Below are positions 20,705-30,452 of a stretch of 55,558 nt of DNA, piece after piece; position 1 is the stretch's first letter, and each line of letters begins with the position of its first letter. A model generated the notes under the pieces. That model saw only the letters and a program-made list of their open reading frames with translations, made no database searches and was not told where the DNA came from. A program made the position numbers and the translations under genes. This stretch comes from Candidatus Omnitrophota bacterium (GTDB lineage Bacteria; Omnitrophota; Gorgyraeia; JABMRG01). The stretch spans positions 1-55,558 of the forward strand of contig JBDRAM010000132.1 in NCBI GenBank assembly GCA_043823785.1. Direction: 5' to 3'.

Positions 20705-21550
20705 ATGCGGGACAATATACCTATATCTGTAATAATTATAACCAAAGATGAAGAGCAGAACATAAAAGAATGCCTTGAGAGTGTTAAGTGGGCTGATGAG
20801 ATATTTATCGTAGATTCAGGCAGTATTGATAAGACCTTAGAGATCGCAAAAAGTTATACAGAAAAAATATCTTATCACAGGTTTGAGAATTTTGCGCAAC
20901 AGAGAAACTGGGCGCAGGATAAGCTCCCTATAAAAAATGAGTGGGTCTTTCACCTTGACGCGGATGAAAGGGCAAGCGATGAACTGAAAGATGAATTGAA
21001 GAAGGCCTTTTCTCATTCTCCCGACGCGGATGGCTTTATGATGTCAAGAAGGACTATGTTCCGAGGCAGATGGATAAGGCACGGAGGCCATTACCCCGTA
21101 TATCATCTGAGAATATTTAAAAAGGATAAGGGAAGGTCTGAGCAGAGGCTGTATGATCAAAACTATATAGTAAGCGGCAGAGTCTCTATAATTAGCGCGG
21201 ATATAATAAATATAATCAACCCTGACCTTGAATCCTGGAAGCAGCGGCACAAGAGGTGGTCGGTACTTGAGGCGGAGGAGGTCCTGCTTAATAAGGAGAG
21301 GGTTATGAATATCGGGCTTGAAGGCAGCCCCATAGAAAAAAGGAACTGGTTCAGATACAGGATCTATTATAAGATGCCGCTTTTTATACGGAGTTTTGTC
21401 TATTTCTTTTATCGCTATATACTTAAGATGGGTTTTCTCGACGGCAGGGAAGGGCTCACCTTCCATTTTTGGCAGGGGTTATGGTATCGATTGTTAGTGG
21501 ACATAAAGATATATGAATTTATGAGGCGTTCCGATGAGAATACGAAATAA
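20705..21550 (+). CDS. Glycosyltransferase family 2
   Basis: 281 aa. Block ISVIIITKDEEQNIKECLESV...IFIVDSGSIDKT. Confidence 0.8.
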   Translation: MRDNIPISVIIITKDEEQNIKECLESVKWADEIFIVDSGSIDKTLEIAKSYTEKISYHRFENFAQQRNWAQDKLPIKNEWVFHLDADERASDELKDELKKAFSHSPDADGFMMSRRTMFRGRWIRHGGHYPVYHLRIFKKDKGRSEQRLYDQNYIVSGRVSIISADIINIINPDLESWKQRHKRWSVLEAEEVLLNKERVMNIGLEGSPIEKRNWFRYRIYYKMPLFIRSFVYFFYRYILKMGFLDGREGLTFHFWQGLWYRLLVDIKIYEFMRRSDENTK

Positions 21551-22649
21551 CCTAAAGCGGGCATTTAATTTTCTGGGCAAGCGCCACAGGGAGATCCTTA
21601 CAAGAGAATTTTGGATGACTATAGCAAGGGTTTATAGCCGGCGCCTTAGGTATCACGATAGGGTATCAACCCCTGAATTCCTGTGGAATCTCAAGCAGAT
21701 TGAGATAAGGCCCTGGAATCTGCACATAGAGGCCACTAATATATGTAATGCAAACTGCATCTTCTGCGCCTATCAGTTCCAGGCTCGCGAGAGGAAGGTT
21801 ATGGATGATGCTCTATACTCCAAAGCGCTTATGGATTATTGCGCAATGGGCGGCGGCGAACTCAGGATTGAATCATGTGTCGGTGACCCTCTCGTTGACC
21901 CGCATTTTCTGGCGCGCGTGAAAGAAGCGCGTTCACATCCTGAGATTAAGCAGATAGTTACGCTGACAAACGGAATAAATCTTGACAGGATAGGTATAGA
22001 GGATTTATTAAGATCAGGCATAAATAGGATCAGAATAAGCACGGGCCCGTGGGATGAAAAACTGTATAGCCTGGCATACCGCAGCCTCTCTTATCAGAGA
22101 ATGCGCGATAACGTTACAGAGCTCATAAGGAAGAATGCAGAGCTGGGTGAGCCTGTAGAAATCGAGGTTCTGTTCCGTTCTAACCTTTCAATGAAAAAGA
22201 CACTGCAGCTTTCTGATTATCAGGCTATACGAAACTTACCCCACAAGGTAGAATTTAATACGGATTTTGATACCTGGTTGGATAATATACACCAGGATGA
22301 TCTGTTAAGCGGCATGCATATAAGGCCTTTATGCGATATGGAAAAAGAGCCATGCTATCTGCTTTACGATGGGCCTACGGTATTCGTAGATGGTAAGATA
22401 GGGCTATGCGGTTGCCGTGATTTCAACGCCAATAGCGAACTTATTATAGGTAATATACATGAGGCGTCTTTGTCGGATCTATGGCAGTCAGAGGCCACGC
22501 GCGGCCTGCGTGAGCGCTTTTTCAGAGGAGATTTTCCGAGCATCTGTAGAAAATGCAGGGGCTACGCCAATTTAGATTACTATCGCTCCAGAGAAGGCTC
22601 TTTAAGGGCCAGGCTTATAAAAGAATGGCTGGGCAAGGTTAAGCAATAG
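21534..22649 (+). CDS. Radical SAM protein with Cys-rich (SPASM/twitch-like) C-terminus
   Basis: 371 aa. CX3CX2C motif NICNANCIFCAY, with C-terminal cysteines CGCRDF...CRKCRGY. Confidence 0.75.
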   Translation: MRIRNNLKRAFNFLGKRHREILTREFWMTIARVYSRRLRYHDRVSTPEFLWNLKQIEIRPWNLHIEATNICNANCIFCAYQFQARERKVMDDALYSKALMDYCAMGGGELRIESCVGDPLVDPHFLARVKEARSHPEIKQIVTLTNGINLDRIGIEDLLRSGINRIRISTGPWDEKLYSLAYRSLSYQRMRDNVTELIRKNAELGEPVEIEVLFRSNLSMKKTLQLSDYQAIRNLPHKVEFNTDFDTWLDNIHQDDLLSGMHIRPLCDMEKEPCYLLYDGPTVFVDGKIGLCGCRDFNANSELIIGNIHEASLSDLWQSEATRGLRERFFRGDFPSICRKCRGYANLDYYRSREGSLRARLIKEWLGKVKQ

Positions 22650-22668
22650 TATAAAACCAGGGAAAGAT

Positions 22669-24402
22669 ATGATAATTTTGGGAGTAAATTCTTATCATCC
22701 GGATTCCTCGGCAGCCGTAGTTATAGACGGAAGACTTATAGCGGCCTGCGAAGAAGAGAGATTTTGCCGCGTTAAACACTTTTCAGGCCTGCCCTTAAAA
22801 GCCATAACATACTGCCTGAAAGAAGCAGGCGTATCGATTGAAGATGTAGATTATATAGCAGTCCCAAGGGATACAAAGGCAAGGGCCTTTAATAAGATTC
22901 TTTACGGCATAAAGATGCCTTCCATGGCCAGGCGCAGAATACTCGCATGGGGTAAAACCTTTGGAATAAAAGAGTCTTTAGCCAAAGCCTTTGATATAGA
23001 CAAGAGTAAGATCAGAGCAGAAATAAAAAAGATAGAGCATCACAGGGCCCACCTGGCGTCAACCTTTTTTGTGTCCGGATTTGATAAGGCCTTTCTTTTC
23101 TCCGCGGATGCGCTTGGAGACTTTGGTTCAACCGCTTGGGGCATAGGAGAGGGGAATAGTATAAAGATTTTAGGGGAGGTTGCTTTTCCGCATTCCTTAG
23201 GTTTTTATTACACGGCAATAACACAATATTTAGGATTTATGAATTTTGGGGATGAATATAAGGTTATGGGCCTGGCGCCATATGGCAGGCCGGCATACGA
23301 AGATGAATTCAAGAAAATATTAAAGGCAGCAAACGGCAGGTTTAGGCTTGGCCTGGAATACTTCCTGCATCACAAAAAATACATAGATATGAATTTCGAA
23401 AACTGCTATCCACGCGTGGATCCAATCTATTCTCCTTACCTAGAGGCCAGGATAGGAAAAGCAAGAGGCCGCGGAGAGCCGCTTGAGAAAAGGCATAAGG
23501 ATGTAGCCTTTTGCCTGCAGAAAAGGCTGGAGGAAGTTATATTTTATCTTTTATCTTTTTTGCCCAAGGAAAAACTTTCTAACCTTTGCCTCTCAGGCGG
23601 AGTAGCGCACAACTGCGTTGTGAATGGTAAACTGCCGGATAATACAACCTTCAGCAATATCTACGTTCCTCCAGCTCCGGGCGATGCCGGGCTTGCCATC
23701 GGAGCAGCTATGTATTTATGGAATCATATTTTTAAGCAGCCAGTGAGATTTAAAATTGACCACGCGTTCTGGGGGCCATCGTATAATAATGAAGAGATCA
23801 AGACAGAGTCGGACGAGTTGATTAAAAGAGGCTGCGTGGCGGAAAGGATAGAGGATGAGGATAAGCTATGTGAAAGAGTAGCTTCTGAGATAGCGGCCGG
23901 GAAGATCATAGGGTGGTTTCAGGGGAGGATGGAGTTTGGGCCCAGGGCGCTGGGGGCAAGGAGCATTCTTGCCGATCCGAGAAAAGAAGGCATGAAGGAT
24001 ATATTAAACGCGATGGTTAAGCGCAGAGAAGAATTCAGGCCGTTTGCGCCCTCGATCCTCGAAGAATACACAGGTGAATATTTTACACATTCCCATCCCT
24101 CGCCTTTTATGAGTTTTGCGTATAATATAAGGGATGAAAAAAGAAAGGCCATCCCTGCCGTCTGTCATGTAGATGGCACAGCCCGCCTACAGACAGTAAA
24201 TAAGAACGCTAATAGATTATACTGGAAGTTGATAGACAGGTTCAGGGGCATCACGGGCATTCCGGTGCTGCTGAACACGTCTTTTAACGAAAATGAACCG
24301 ATAATATTGTCTCCAAAAGAGGCGGCAGACTGTTTTTTGAGAAACAAGATGGATCTTTTAGTAATGGGTAGTATTTTGATTAAACGCGCGGGCGTAATAT
24401 GA
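22669..24402 (+). CDS. Carbamoyltransferase (NodU/CmcH family)
   Basis: 577 aa. The N-terminus ILGVNSYHPDSSAAVVIDGRLIAACEEERF and the overall length are typical of NodU/CmcH O-carbamoyltransferases. Confidence 0.85.
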   Translation: MIILGVNSYHPDSSAAVVIDGRLIAACEEERFCRVKHFSGLPLKAITYCLKEAGVSIEDVDYIAVPRDTKARAFNKILYGIKMPSMARRRILAWGKTFGIKESLAKAFDIDKSKIRAEIKKIEHHRAHLASTFFVSGFDKAFLFSADALGDFGSTAWGIGEGNSIKILGEVAFPHSLGFYYTAITQYLGFMNFGDEYKVMGLAPYGRPAYEDEFKKILKAANGRFRLGLEYFLHHKKYIDMNFENCYPRVDPIYSPYLEARIGKARGRGEPLEKRHKDVAFCLQKRLEEVIFYLLSFLPKEKLSNLCLSGGVAHNCVVNGKLPDNTTFSNIYVPPAPGDAGLAIGAAMYLWNHIFKQPVRFKIDHAFWGPSYNNEEIKTESDELIKRGCVAERIEDEDKLCERVASEIAAGKIIGWFQGRMEFGPRALGARSILADPRKEGMKDILNAMVKRREEFRPFAPSILEEYTGEYFTHSHPSPFMSFAYNIRDEKRKAIPAVCHVDGTARLQTVNKNANRLYWKLIDRFRGITGIPVLLNTSFNENEPIILSPKEAADCFLRNKMDLLVMGSILIKRAGVI

Positions 24403-25163
24403 GAATATTTGATCTCGAGAAAGACCGCAGATTCTACGACGAGGAACACAAGCCACCAGGCCATTACCGTAAAGACGCTTTAGATTTGTGGAGATTTGGC
24501 CTATTGCGAGGCTTGTTGAGGAAAATATTTAAAAGAGACGAGCCGTTTAAGGACAGGCATGTACTGAACGTTGCCGGAGGATGGGGCAGGGAAGCTCATT
24601 TGATCCTAGGAGAGGGAGCCAGGCACCTTACGTTTTGTGATTATTCTCACACTCAGGCCTTGTATGCCGAAGGATATCTTGAAGGTTTTTATAACAAGAC
24701 AATAATATGCGGTGACGGAGAAAGGCTTCCCTTCAAGGATAAGAGTGTGGATATATGCGTTATCGCGGAAGGGCTTCACCACTTCTCGGATCCTGTCGCG
24801 GGAGCGAAGGAGATGTTGAGGGTAGCGAGAAGCGCTGTGATTTTCGATGAACCTGCAGGTGGAATTTTCAGATACGCCATAAACAGGCTTTTTATAGCCT
24901 TGGGCATGAAGGAGATGCTTGAACGGGGATATCTGCAAGAGTATAGGATGAGCAGTGAAACCTTGCGTGAACTACGAGGACTCTATGCCGGTGCTCTCTA
25001 TTTTCCATACTTTATCTATTATTTCGGTTGGTATAAAAGCACAAAGAACATGCTTTTAAGAAAGATATACCAGGTGGCCTTAAGCGTATTTAATATTTTT
25101 TTTCACTCGTTTGGCAACAGGGTGATTGTTGTATTGAGCTTGGCGAAGAGAGAGCATATATAA
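24399..25163 (+). CDS. Class I SAM-dependent methyltransferase
   Basis: 254 aa. The start overlaps the upstream stop. SAM motif VLNVAGGWGREA. Confidence 0.6.
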   Translation: MRIFDLEKDRRFYDEEHKPPGHYRKDALDLWRFGLLRGLLRKIFKRDEPFKDRHVLNVAGGWGREAHLILGEGARHLTFCDYSHTQALYAEGYLEGFYNKTIICGDGERLPFKDKSVDICVIAEGLHHFSDPVAGAKEMLRVARSAVIFDEPAGGIFRYAINRLFIALGMKEMLERGYLQEYRMSSETLRELRGLYAGALYFPYFIYYFGWYKSTKNMLLRKIYQVALSVFNIFFHSFGNRVIVVLSLAKREHI

Positions 25164-25187
25164 GTTTTAAAAAGGAGGGATGTATAG

Positions 25188-26144
25188 ATGAATAAGGTTT
25201 TGGTAACGGGCGCGGGAGGTTTTATAGGGCATCATCTCGTAAAATTCCTTAAGGGTAAGGATTACTGGGTAAGGGGCGTTGACATAAAAGACCCTGAATT
25301 TGAGGAGACAGCTGCTGATGATTTTCAGCTATTGGACCTGCGGGAATTCCAGAACTGCATCAAGGCCTGTGATGGCATGGATGAGGTTTATCAGCTTGCG
25401 GCGGATATGGGAGGCATAGGCTATATAACTGTTTACCACGCTGATATACTAAGAAATAATTCTCTTATAAATTTGAATATGCTTGAGGCGGCACGAAAGA
25501 ACAAAGTAAAAAATTACCTTTATACAAGTTCCGCGTGTGTTTATCCTCATTATCTGCAGAAAAGCACAGAGGCAAAATTTTTAAAGGAAGAAGACGCCTA
25601 CCCGGCAGACGCGGAGCCTGGCTATGGGTGGGAGAAGCTGTTTGCGGAGCTGGCCTGTCAATACTACCGGCAAGATCATGGCTTAAATACCCATATTGTG
25701 CGTTTCCACAGCATGTATGGGCCCTTAGGGACCTATAAAGGCGGAAAAGAGAAGTCTCCGGCAGCCATATGCCGCAAGGTAGCTCTTGCTAAAAAAGAAG
25801 ATGATATAGAGGTTTGGGGCGATGGCAAGCAGACAAGGTCCTACTGTTTTATTGATGATTGCGTTGAGGGTATACACAGATTGATGCGGTCAGATTTCCC
25901 CGGGCCCATAAACTTAGGCCAGGACAGGCTTGTTACTGTAGATGAGCTTGTAGATCTTGTCGCAAAAATAGCCGGAAAAAATATTACTAAACGCCATGAC
26001 CTATCTAAGCCGCAGGGCGTAAGAGGAAGAAACGCGGATATATCACTTGCAAAAAAGGTATTAGGATGGGAGCCGAAAGTATCTCTTGAAGAAGGCCTGG
26101 AAAAGACATATAATTGGATATATTCCTTATTGCATAAGGCCTAG
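25188..26144 (+). CDS. NAD-dependent sugar epimerase, GDP-mannose 3,5-epimerase-like
   Basis: 318 aa. It has the GAGGFIG NAD motif and the YGWEK Tyr-x3-Lys motif. The blocks LAADMGGIGYI, SSACVYP, GGKEKSPAAICRK, WGDGKQTRSY.FIDDCVEG and GVRGRN are ones I recognise as shared with plant GDP-mannose 3,5-epimerase. Confidence 0.7.
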   Translation: MNKVLVTGAGGFIGHHLVKFLKGKDYWVRGVDIKDPEFEETAADDFQLLDLREFQNCIKACDGMDEVYQLAADMGGIGYITVYHADILRNNSLINLNMLEAARKNKVKNYLYTSSACVYPHYLQKSTEAKFLKEEDAYPADAEPGYGWEKLFAELACQYYRQDHGLNTHIVRFHSMYGPLGTYKGGKEKSPAAICRKVALAKKEDDIEVWGDGKQTRSYCFIDDCVEGIHRLMRSDFPGPINLGQDRLVTVDELVDLVAKIAGKNITKRHDLSKPQGVRGRNADISLAKKVLGWEPKVSLEEGLEKTYNWIYSLLHKA

Positions 26145-26167
26145 AAAATAACAGGGAGACTTTTTAG

Positions 26168-26923
26168 TTGAAGATATCTATAATAACTGTTGTATATAAT
26201 AACGCAGAGCATATAGGGGATTGTCTCAAGAGCGTGACATCCCAGCTATATAATGATATAGAATACATAGTTATAGATAACGAATCGAGAGACGGGACTC
26301 AGGATGTTATAAATTTATACAAGGATAAAATTACCAGGTTAGTATCTGAAAAAGACAAAGGCCATATATATGCTATGAATAAAGGTATTGAAATGGCTAC
26401 AGGAGATGTTGTAGGGTTTCTGCATTCAGATGATATATATATGAATGAAAATATCATAGGGTTAGTAGCAGATACATTTAAGAACAGCTCTACCGATAGC
26501 CTGTATGGAGATCTCGTATATGTAAAAAAGGATAATATAGACAAGACAGTACGGTTCTGGAGAGCCGGCAGCTATAGCCCTGATAGCATAAAGCAGGGAT
26601 GGATGCCGCCGCACCCTACATTTTTTGTAAAGAGAGAAGTCTATAAGAAATATGGGTTATTGGATACAGGTTTTAAGATCTCAATGGATTATGAGATAAT
26701 ATTAAGGTTTCTTTATAAGCAGAAGATATCAGTCTTATACCTGCCAAGCGTTCTTGTAAAGATGCGAAGCGGAGGGGTCAGCAACAGAAGCATTAAGAAC
26801 ATACTAGTAAAAACAATGGAAGACTACCGTGCGGCAAAATCTTACGGGCTGGGAGTCTCAGCCGTAATTATGAAGAATATAGGAAAGATACCGCAGTGTT
26901 TTTGCAGAACGATCTATATATAG
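26168..26923 (+). CDS. Glycosyltransferase family 2
   Basis: 251 aa with a TTG start. Block ISIITVVYNNAEHIGDCLKSV...YIVIDNESRDGT...HSDD. Confidence 0.8.
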   Translation: MKISIITVVYNNAEHIGDCLKSVTSQLYNDIEYIVIDNESRDGTQDVINLYKDKITRLVSEKDKGHIYAMNKGIEMATGDVVGFLHSDDIYMNENIIGLVADTFKNSSTDSLYGDLVYVKKDNIDKTVRFWRAGSYSPDSIKQGWMPPHPTFFVKREVYKKYGLLDTGFKISMDYEIILRFLYKQKISVLYLPSVLVKMRSGGVSNRSIKNILVKTMEDYRAAKSYGLGVSAVIMKNIGKIPQCFCRTIYI

Positions 26924-26960
26924 AATATAAGAGGCATGGCGAAGCCGCGAGGATGCAAAG

Positions 26961-28046
26961 ATGATCTTAGCAGTTATTTTTTGCGGGATATTCAGTTTCA
27001 TAGTCTCTTATGCGTTGTCTCAATGGCTTCTTAAAAATGCCGGCATATTCAGCAAGGGGCGGCGCGTTTTTGCTGAAAGAGTAAGATTGCATAAGAAGGG
27101 TGTGCCTAGGCTGGGAGGCATAGCCATATTCGGCTCTTTCTATGCTACGCTTCTGCTTATTTTTATCTTTAAGAGGGACCTTTTTTATAACCGCGAAATA
27201 AAACTAGTCGGTGTCTTTCTGGCGTCTGCAATCATAGTAGCTACAGGGATTTATGATGACTTGATAAAACGGCTTGGCTACAAGGTAAAATTTGCTCTGC
27301 AGATCCTCGCTGTTATTGTTGTAATTATCTTTGGGTATAATATAAAGATCATTACAAACCCTTTGGGCGGAGAGATATATGTCGGCTTCCTCGGCCCGAT
27401 TTTTGTCTTACTTTGGATGCTCGCGGTTATAAATGCTATAAATTTAATAGATGGGCTTGATGGATTGGCGTGCGGGATAGCAACAGTGGCATGCGCCAGT
27501 TTTTTTATAATTGCCCTAAGCCAGAACAATATTTTCCTGGCGCTTATCATAATATCTATTATAGGCGCAAACCTTGCTTTCCTAAGGTATAATTTTTATC
27601 CGGCCAAGCTCTTCCTGGGAGATTCAGGAAGTTTTTTTCTGGGTTTTATGCTAGCGGTCTTAGTAATGGAGAGCTATATAAAAAGGTCTGCGGTCATTTC
27701 ACTGTCTGTTCCATTTTTAACATTATTTATTCCTATGGGCAGCGTGGTTTTTACTTTTTCAAGAAGAATAGCTGCCGCTAGAAATCCTTTTAGGCCTGAT
27801 AGGATGCACCTGCATTATAGATTTCTTCGGGCGGGAGTTTCTCATAGAAATACGGTATTGATATATTTGTGTATAACTTTAATATACGCGACTCTCGGCA
27901 CGTTCTGCTTTTTTCTGCCAAAAAAATTTGAACTTACGATTATTGTCTTCGCGGGCGTGACAATCTGGTGTTTTTATATGTGGGTCTCGCACTTTATGAG
28001 TACCAGGCAAAAATTTAAAAAGCGGGCTTCTAAGCAATATAGCTAA
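26961..28046 (+). CDS. MraY/WecA-family polyprenyl-phosphate HexNAc-1-phosphate transferase
   Basis: 361 aa with about 10 TM helices. Motifs NAINLIDGLDGLA and FLGDSGS. Confidence 0.85.
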   Translation: MILAVIFCGIFSFIVSYALSQWLLKNAGIFSKGRRVFAERVRLHKKGVPRLGGIAIFGSFYATLLLIFIFKRDLFYNREIKLVGVFLASAIIVATGIYDDLIKRLGYKVKFALQILAVIVVIIFGYNIKIITNPLGGEIYVGFLGPIFVLLWMLAVINAINLIDGLDGLACGIATVACASFFIIALSQNNIFLALIIISIIGANLAFLRYNFYPAKLFLGDSGSFFLGFMLAVLVMESYIKRSAVISLSVPFLTLFIPMGSVVFTFSRRIAAARNPFRPDRMHLHYRFLRAGVSHRNTVLIYLCITLIYATLGTFCFFLPKKFELTIIVFAGVTIWCFYMWVSHFMSTRQKFKKRASKQYS

Positions 28047-28747
28047 ATTCCCTTAGCTGCGAGCACCACAAGAAGACAGCGGTATATAATCCAAATATCA
28101 AACAATAGCAGCTCCACCGCGGATGCCCTTAAATATCTCTGAAAATAGAGCCTTTCTGTGACTTCCAAGGATTTATCTTTCGAGAAGTGCTTTAGAGCCA
28201 TGCGCTTAAACACCTCCTGCATCTTAGGATTCTTTTTTGAGGCCTGAACTAGCCCCAGGATCCCGCCTTTTATATACTTGGCAGAAGTTATGCCTTCTTT
28301 TATATCGTTGTTATAATGTTCTATAATATGGGGGCGTGGCCCTACCATGCTCATGTCTCCTTTGAGCACATTATAAAGCTGAGGAAGCTCATCAAAATAT
28401 ATCTTGTCCAAAAATGCTCCTACCGGCGTAAGATATTCTTTGTTATTAGCGGAACAGATAAATTCGGTAATACTCCTTCGCATCTTGTCTTTCTCTAAAA
28501 ACAGGTAGGTATCGTAGTTAACGGTTCTGAATTTGTACATAGTAAATTCTTTTCCTCTGGATATCCTGATAGATTTGAAGAAAACAGGCCCTTTAAAAAA
28601 GGGGTTTATCAGGCCTTCCAGCTTTAGCAGCAGCGCAAAGGCCAAGAAAAGGGGAGATAGCAGAAGCAGAAAAAAGGCAGAGACAACTATGTCAAAAATG
28701 CGTTTTAATATACGTTCTTTTACTATTGTATCCTCGTGTTCTTTCAT
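28043..28747 (-). CDS. Bacterial sugar transferase (PglC/WbaP-C-terminal-type phosphoglycosyl transferase)
   Basis: Start set at ATG 28747 (the track ORF extends to 28846). It has the re-entrant helix KRIFDIVVSAFFLLLLSPLFL and the MSMVGPRP motif. Its stop overlaps the stop of the convergent WecA-like gene. Confidence 0.85.
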   Translation of the reverse strand: MKEHEDTIVKERILKRIFDIVVSAFFLLLLSPLFLAFALLLKLEGLINPFFKGPVFFKSIRISRGKEFTMYKFRTVNYDTYLFLEKDKMRRSITEFICSANNKEYLTPVGAFLDKIYFDELPQLYNVLKGDMSMVGPRPHIIEHYNNDIKEGITSAKYIKGGILGLVQASKKNPKMQEVFKRMALKHFSKDKSLEVTERLYFQRYLRASAVELLLFDIWIIYRCLLVVLAAKGI

Positions 28748-28947
28748 GTCTAGGCCTTTTTGATGACCGTTTCCCGCGCAACATATGCAGTAATAGCCTG
28801 CATTAACATATATTGTAGCAAAGGCATCAGTGTTAGGCAAGGGCAAAATAATCGCTACCCGCCTTTTTAGTAGTTTGTTTTTTTTGTGACATGTGATAAA
28901 ATATAATAAAACAATTTAGCAAATGTTATACTATAGCAAAACAGAAC

Positions 28948-29724
28948 ATGATCAGAAAATTAAAAGAAAAGATAAGGCAGTGCTTACCGCATCGGGCGCT
29001 TGAATCCTACCGCTTTTTGCAGAGATTACATTTTGAACTTAATAGGTCCCAAATTTACCGTGGTTCTGAAATAAGAAAGATTGTAAAAGAAAATTGGAAG
29101 AATTATAAGTATGAATTGTACCCGAAAGACCGCAGAATGAGCGTTATCCGCGAGAAACAGATAGAAGGTATGTGCACAGAAAATATAAGTTTTATGATTA
29201 ATGAGATAGTCAGAAGGTTCGCTAAGGCAGGAGTATACTTAGAGGTCGGCAGCTACAAGGGCTATAGCCTTATAAGCGCCGCCTTATTTAACCAGTCTAC
29301 CCGCTGTATAGGGATAGATAATTTTTCTGAATTTGATGAAAAGCATAAGAATAAAAGCATACTCATGGAAAACTTAAAGAAATTTGATGTAATTAAAAAT
29401 GTAGAGTTCTATAACTGCGATTACATAGAGGCCTTTAGGGCCATAAGCCAGAGAGAACCCGGCTTTAAAATCAATGTCTATTATTACGACGGAGGCCACT
29501 CATACGAAGAACAGGTTAAGGGGCTGGACCTGGCCTTGCCCTTTTTGTCAAAAAGATGTGTTATAATAGTTGATGATCTGAACATCAGCCCGCAGGTTGA
29601 AGGTGCCAATAGGCATTTTATAAGTAAAAACCCAGGCTTTAAGTCAGTATTTAGAATAAAGACCACGGGGCCATTCACACCGGAGTGGCTGGACGGCTTT
29701 GAGATTATAACAAGGGGCGTATAG
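28948..29724 (+). CDS. Class I SAM-dependent methyltransferase (TylF/Methyltransf_24-like)
   Basis: 258 aa. Blocks GVYLEVGSYKGYS and YYYDGGHSYEE...CVIIVDD. Confidence 0.55.
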   Translation: MIRKLKEKIRQCLPHRALESYRFLQRLHFELNRSQIYRGSEIRKIVKENWKNYKYELYPKDRRMSVIREKQIEGMCTENISFMINEIVRRFAKAGVYLEVGSYKGYSLISAALFNQSTRCIGIDNFSEFDEKHKNKSILMENLKKFDVIKNVEFYNCDYIEAFRAISQREPGFKINVYYYDGGHSYEEQVKGLDLALPFLSKRCVIIVDDLNISPQVEGANRHFISKNPGFKSVFRIKTTGPFTPEWLDGFEIITRGV

Positions 29725-29749
29725 GGGTAGTAGAAATAGGCGATGCAGA

Positions 29750-30451
29750 TTATTTGTATAGGGTGTTATTTGCCGCCAGCCATCTGTTGTGTATACTCGG
29801 CCTTTGCTCCGGTATAAATAATCTCCACCACGCGTTAGGTATAACCTTTGTAGTAAAGCCCGCCTTATTTAATATCGATATACAGTCCTCTTCAAGTGTT
29901 TTTGAATGAGTTTCTATGATAAACCTGATGTCGCCAAGCTTTAAAAAATCTCCCGCGCCCTTTAATATATCAACCTCTGTCCCGTCCGTATCGATCTTCA
30001 ATAAGCACGGCGTAAGAACGCGGCTTATGATCGAATCCAGAGTAATAGAATTATCACTACTGGATGAAGACAGCATCTTGGAGTAGAGGAGGATCTTGCC
30101 GCTTTCTATATCGCTAACGCCAAGATTGTTAGTCAGGAGCCTTCTCTTGGATTCATTGGGTTCAAAGGAAAAAACTTTTTTCGCGGAAGTCTTTTTAAGG
30201 AAATAGATAGTATATTCTCCTTCCCCTGCGCCCACGTCGATAGCGGCGTTGATACCCTTAGCAAATTTGCTAACCCATTTATATGTTTCCCGCTCAAATA
30301 ATCCAAGAAAAAGCTGTGCCTGGTATGTCAGGTCAATGTTCATGACCAGGCCTTTGAATATGCCGCTTCTGATTTTACGCGCGCGCCGGTGTTTTTTAAC
30401 AAAAAAAGTTTTTACAATCGACAAAGGCTTGAAGTTTGTCATAATAGTCAT
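29750..30451 (-). CDS. FkbM-family methyltransferase
   Basis: 233 aa. Blocks AIDVGAGEGEYT and LLKIDTDGTEVDILKGA. Confidence 0.75.
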   Translation of the reverse strand: MTIMTNFKPLSIVKTFFVKKHRRARKIRSGIFKGLVMNIDLTYQAQLFLGLFERETYKWVSKFAKGINAAIDVGAGEGEYTIYFLKKTSAKKVFSFEPNESKRRLLTNNLGVSDIESGKILLYSKMLSSSSSDNSITLDSIISRVLTPCLLKIDTDGTEVDILKGAGDFLKLGDIRFIIETHSKTLEEDCISILNKAGFTTKVIPNAWWRLFIPEQRPSIHNRWLAANNTLYK

Positions 30452-30452
30452 G

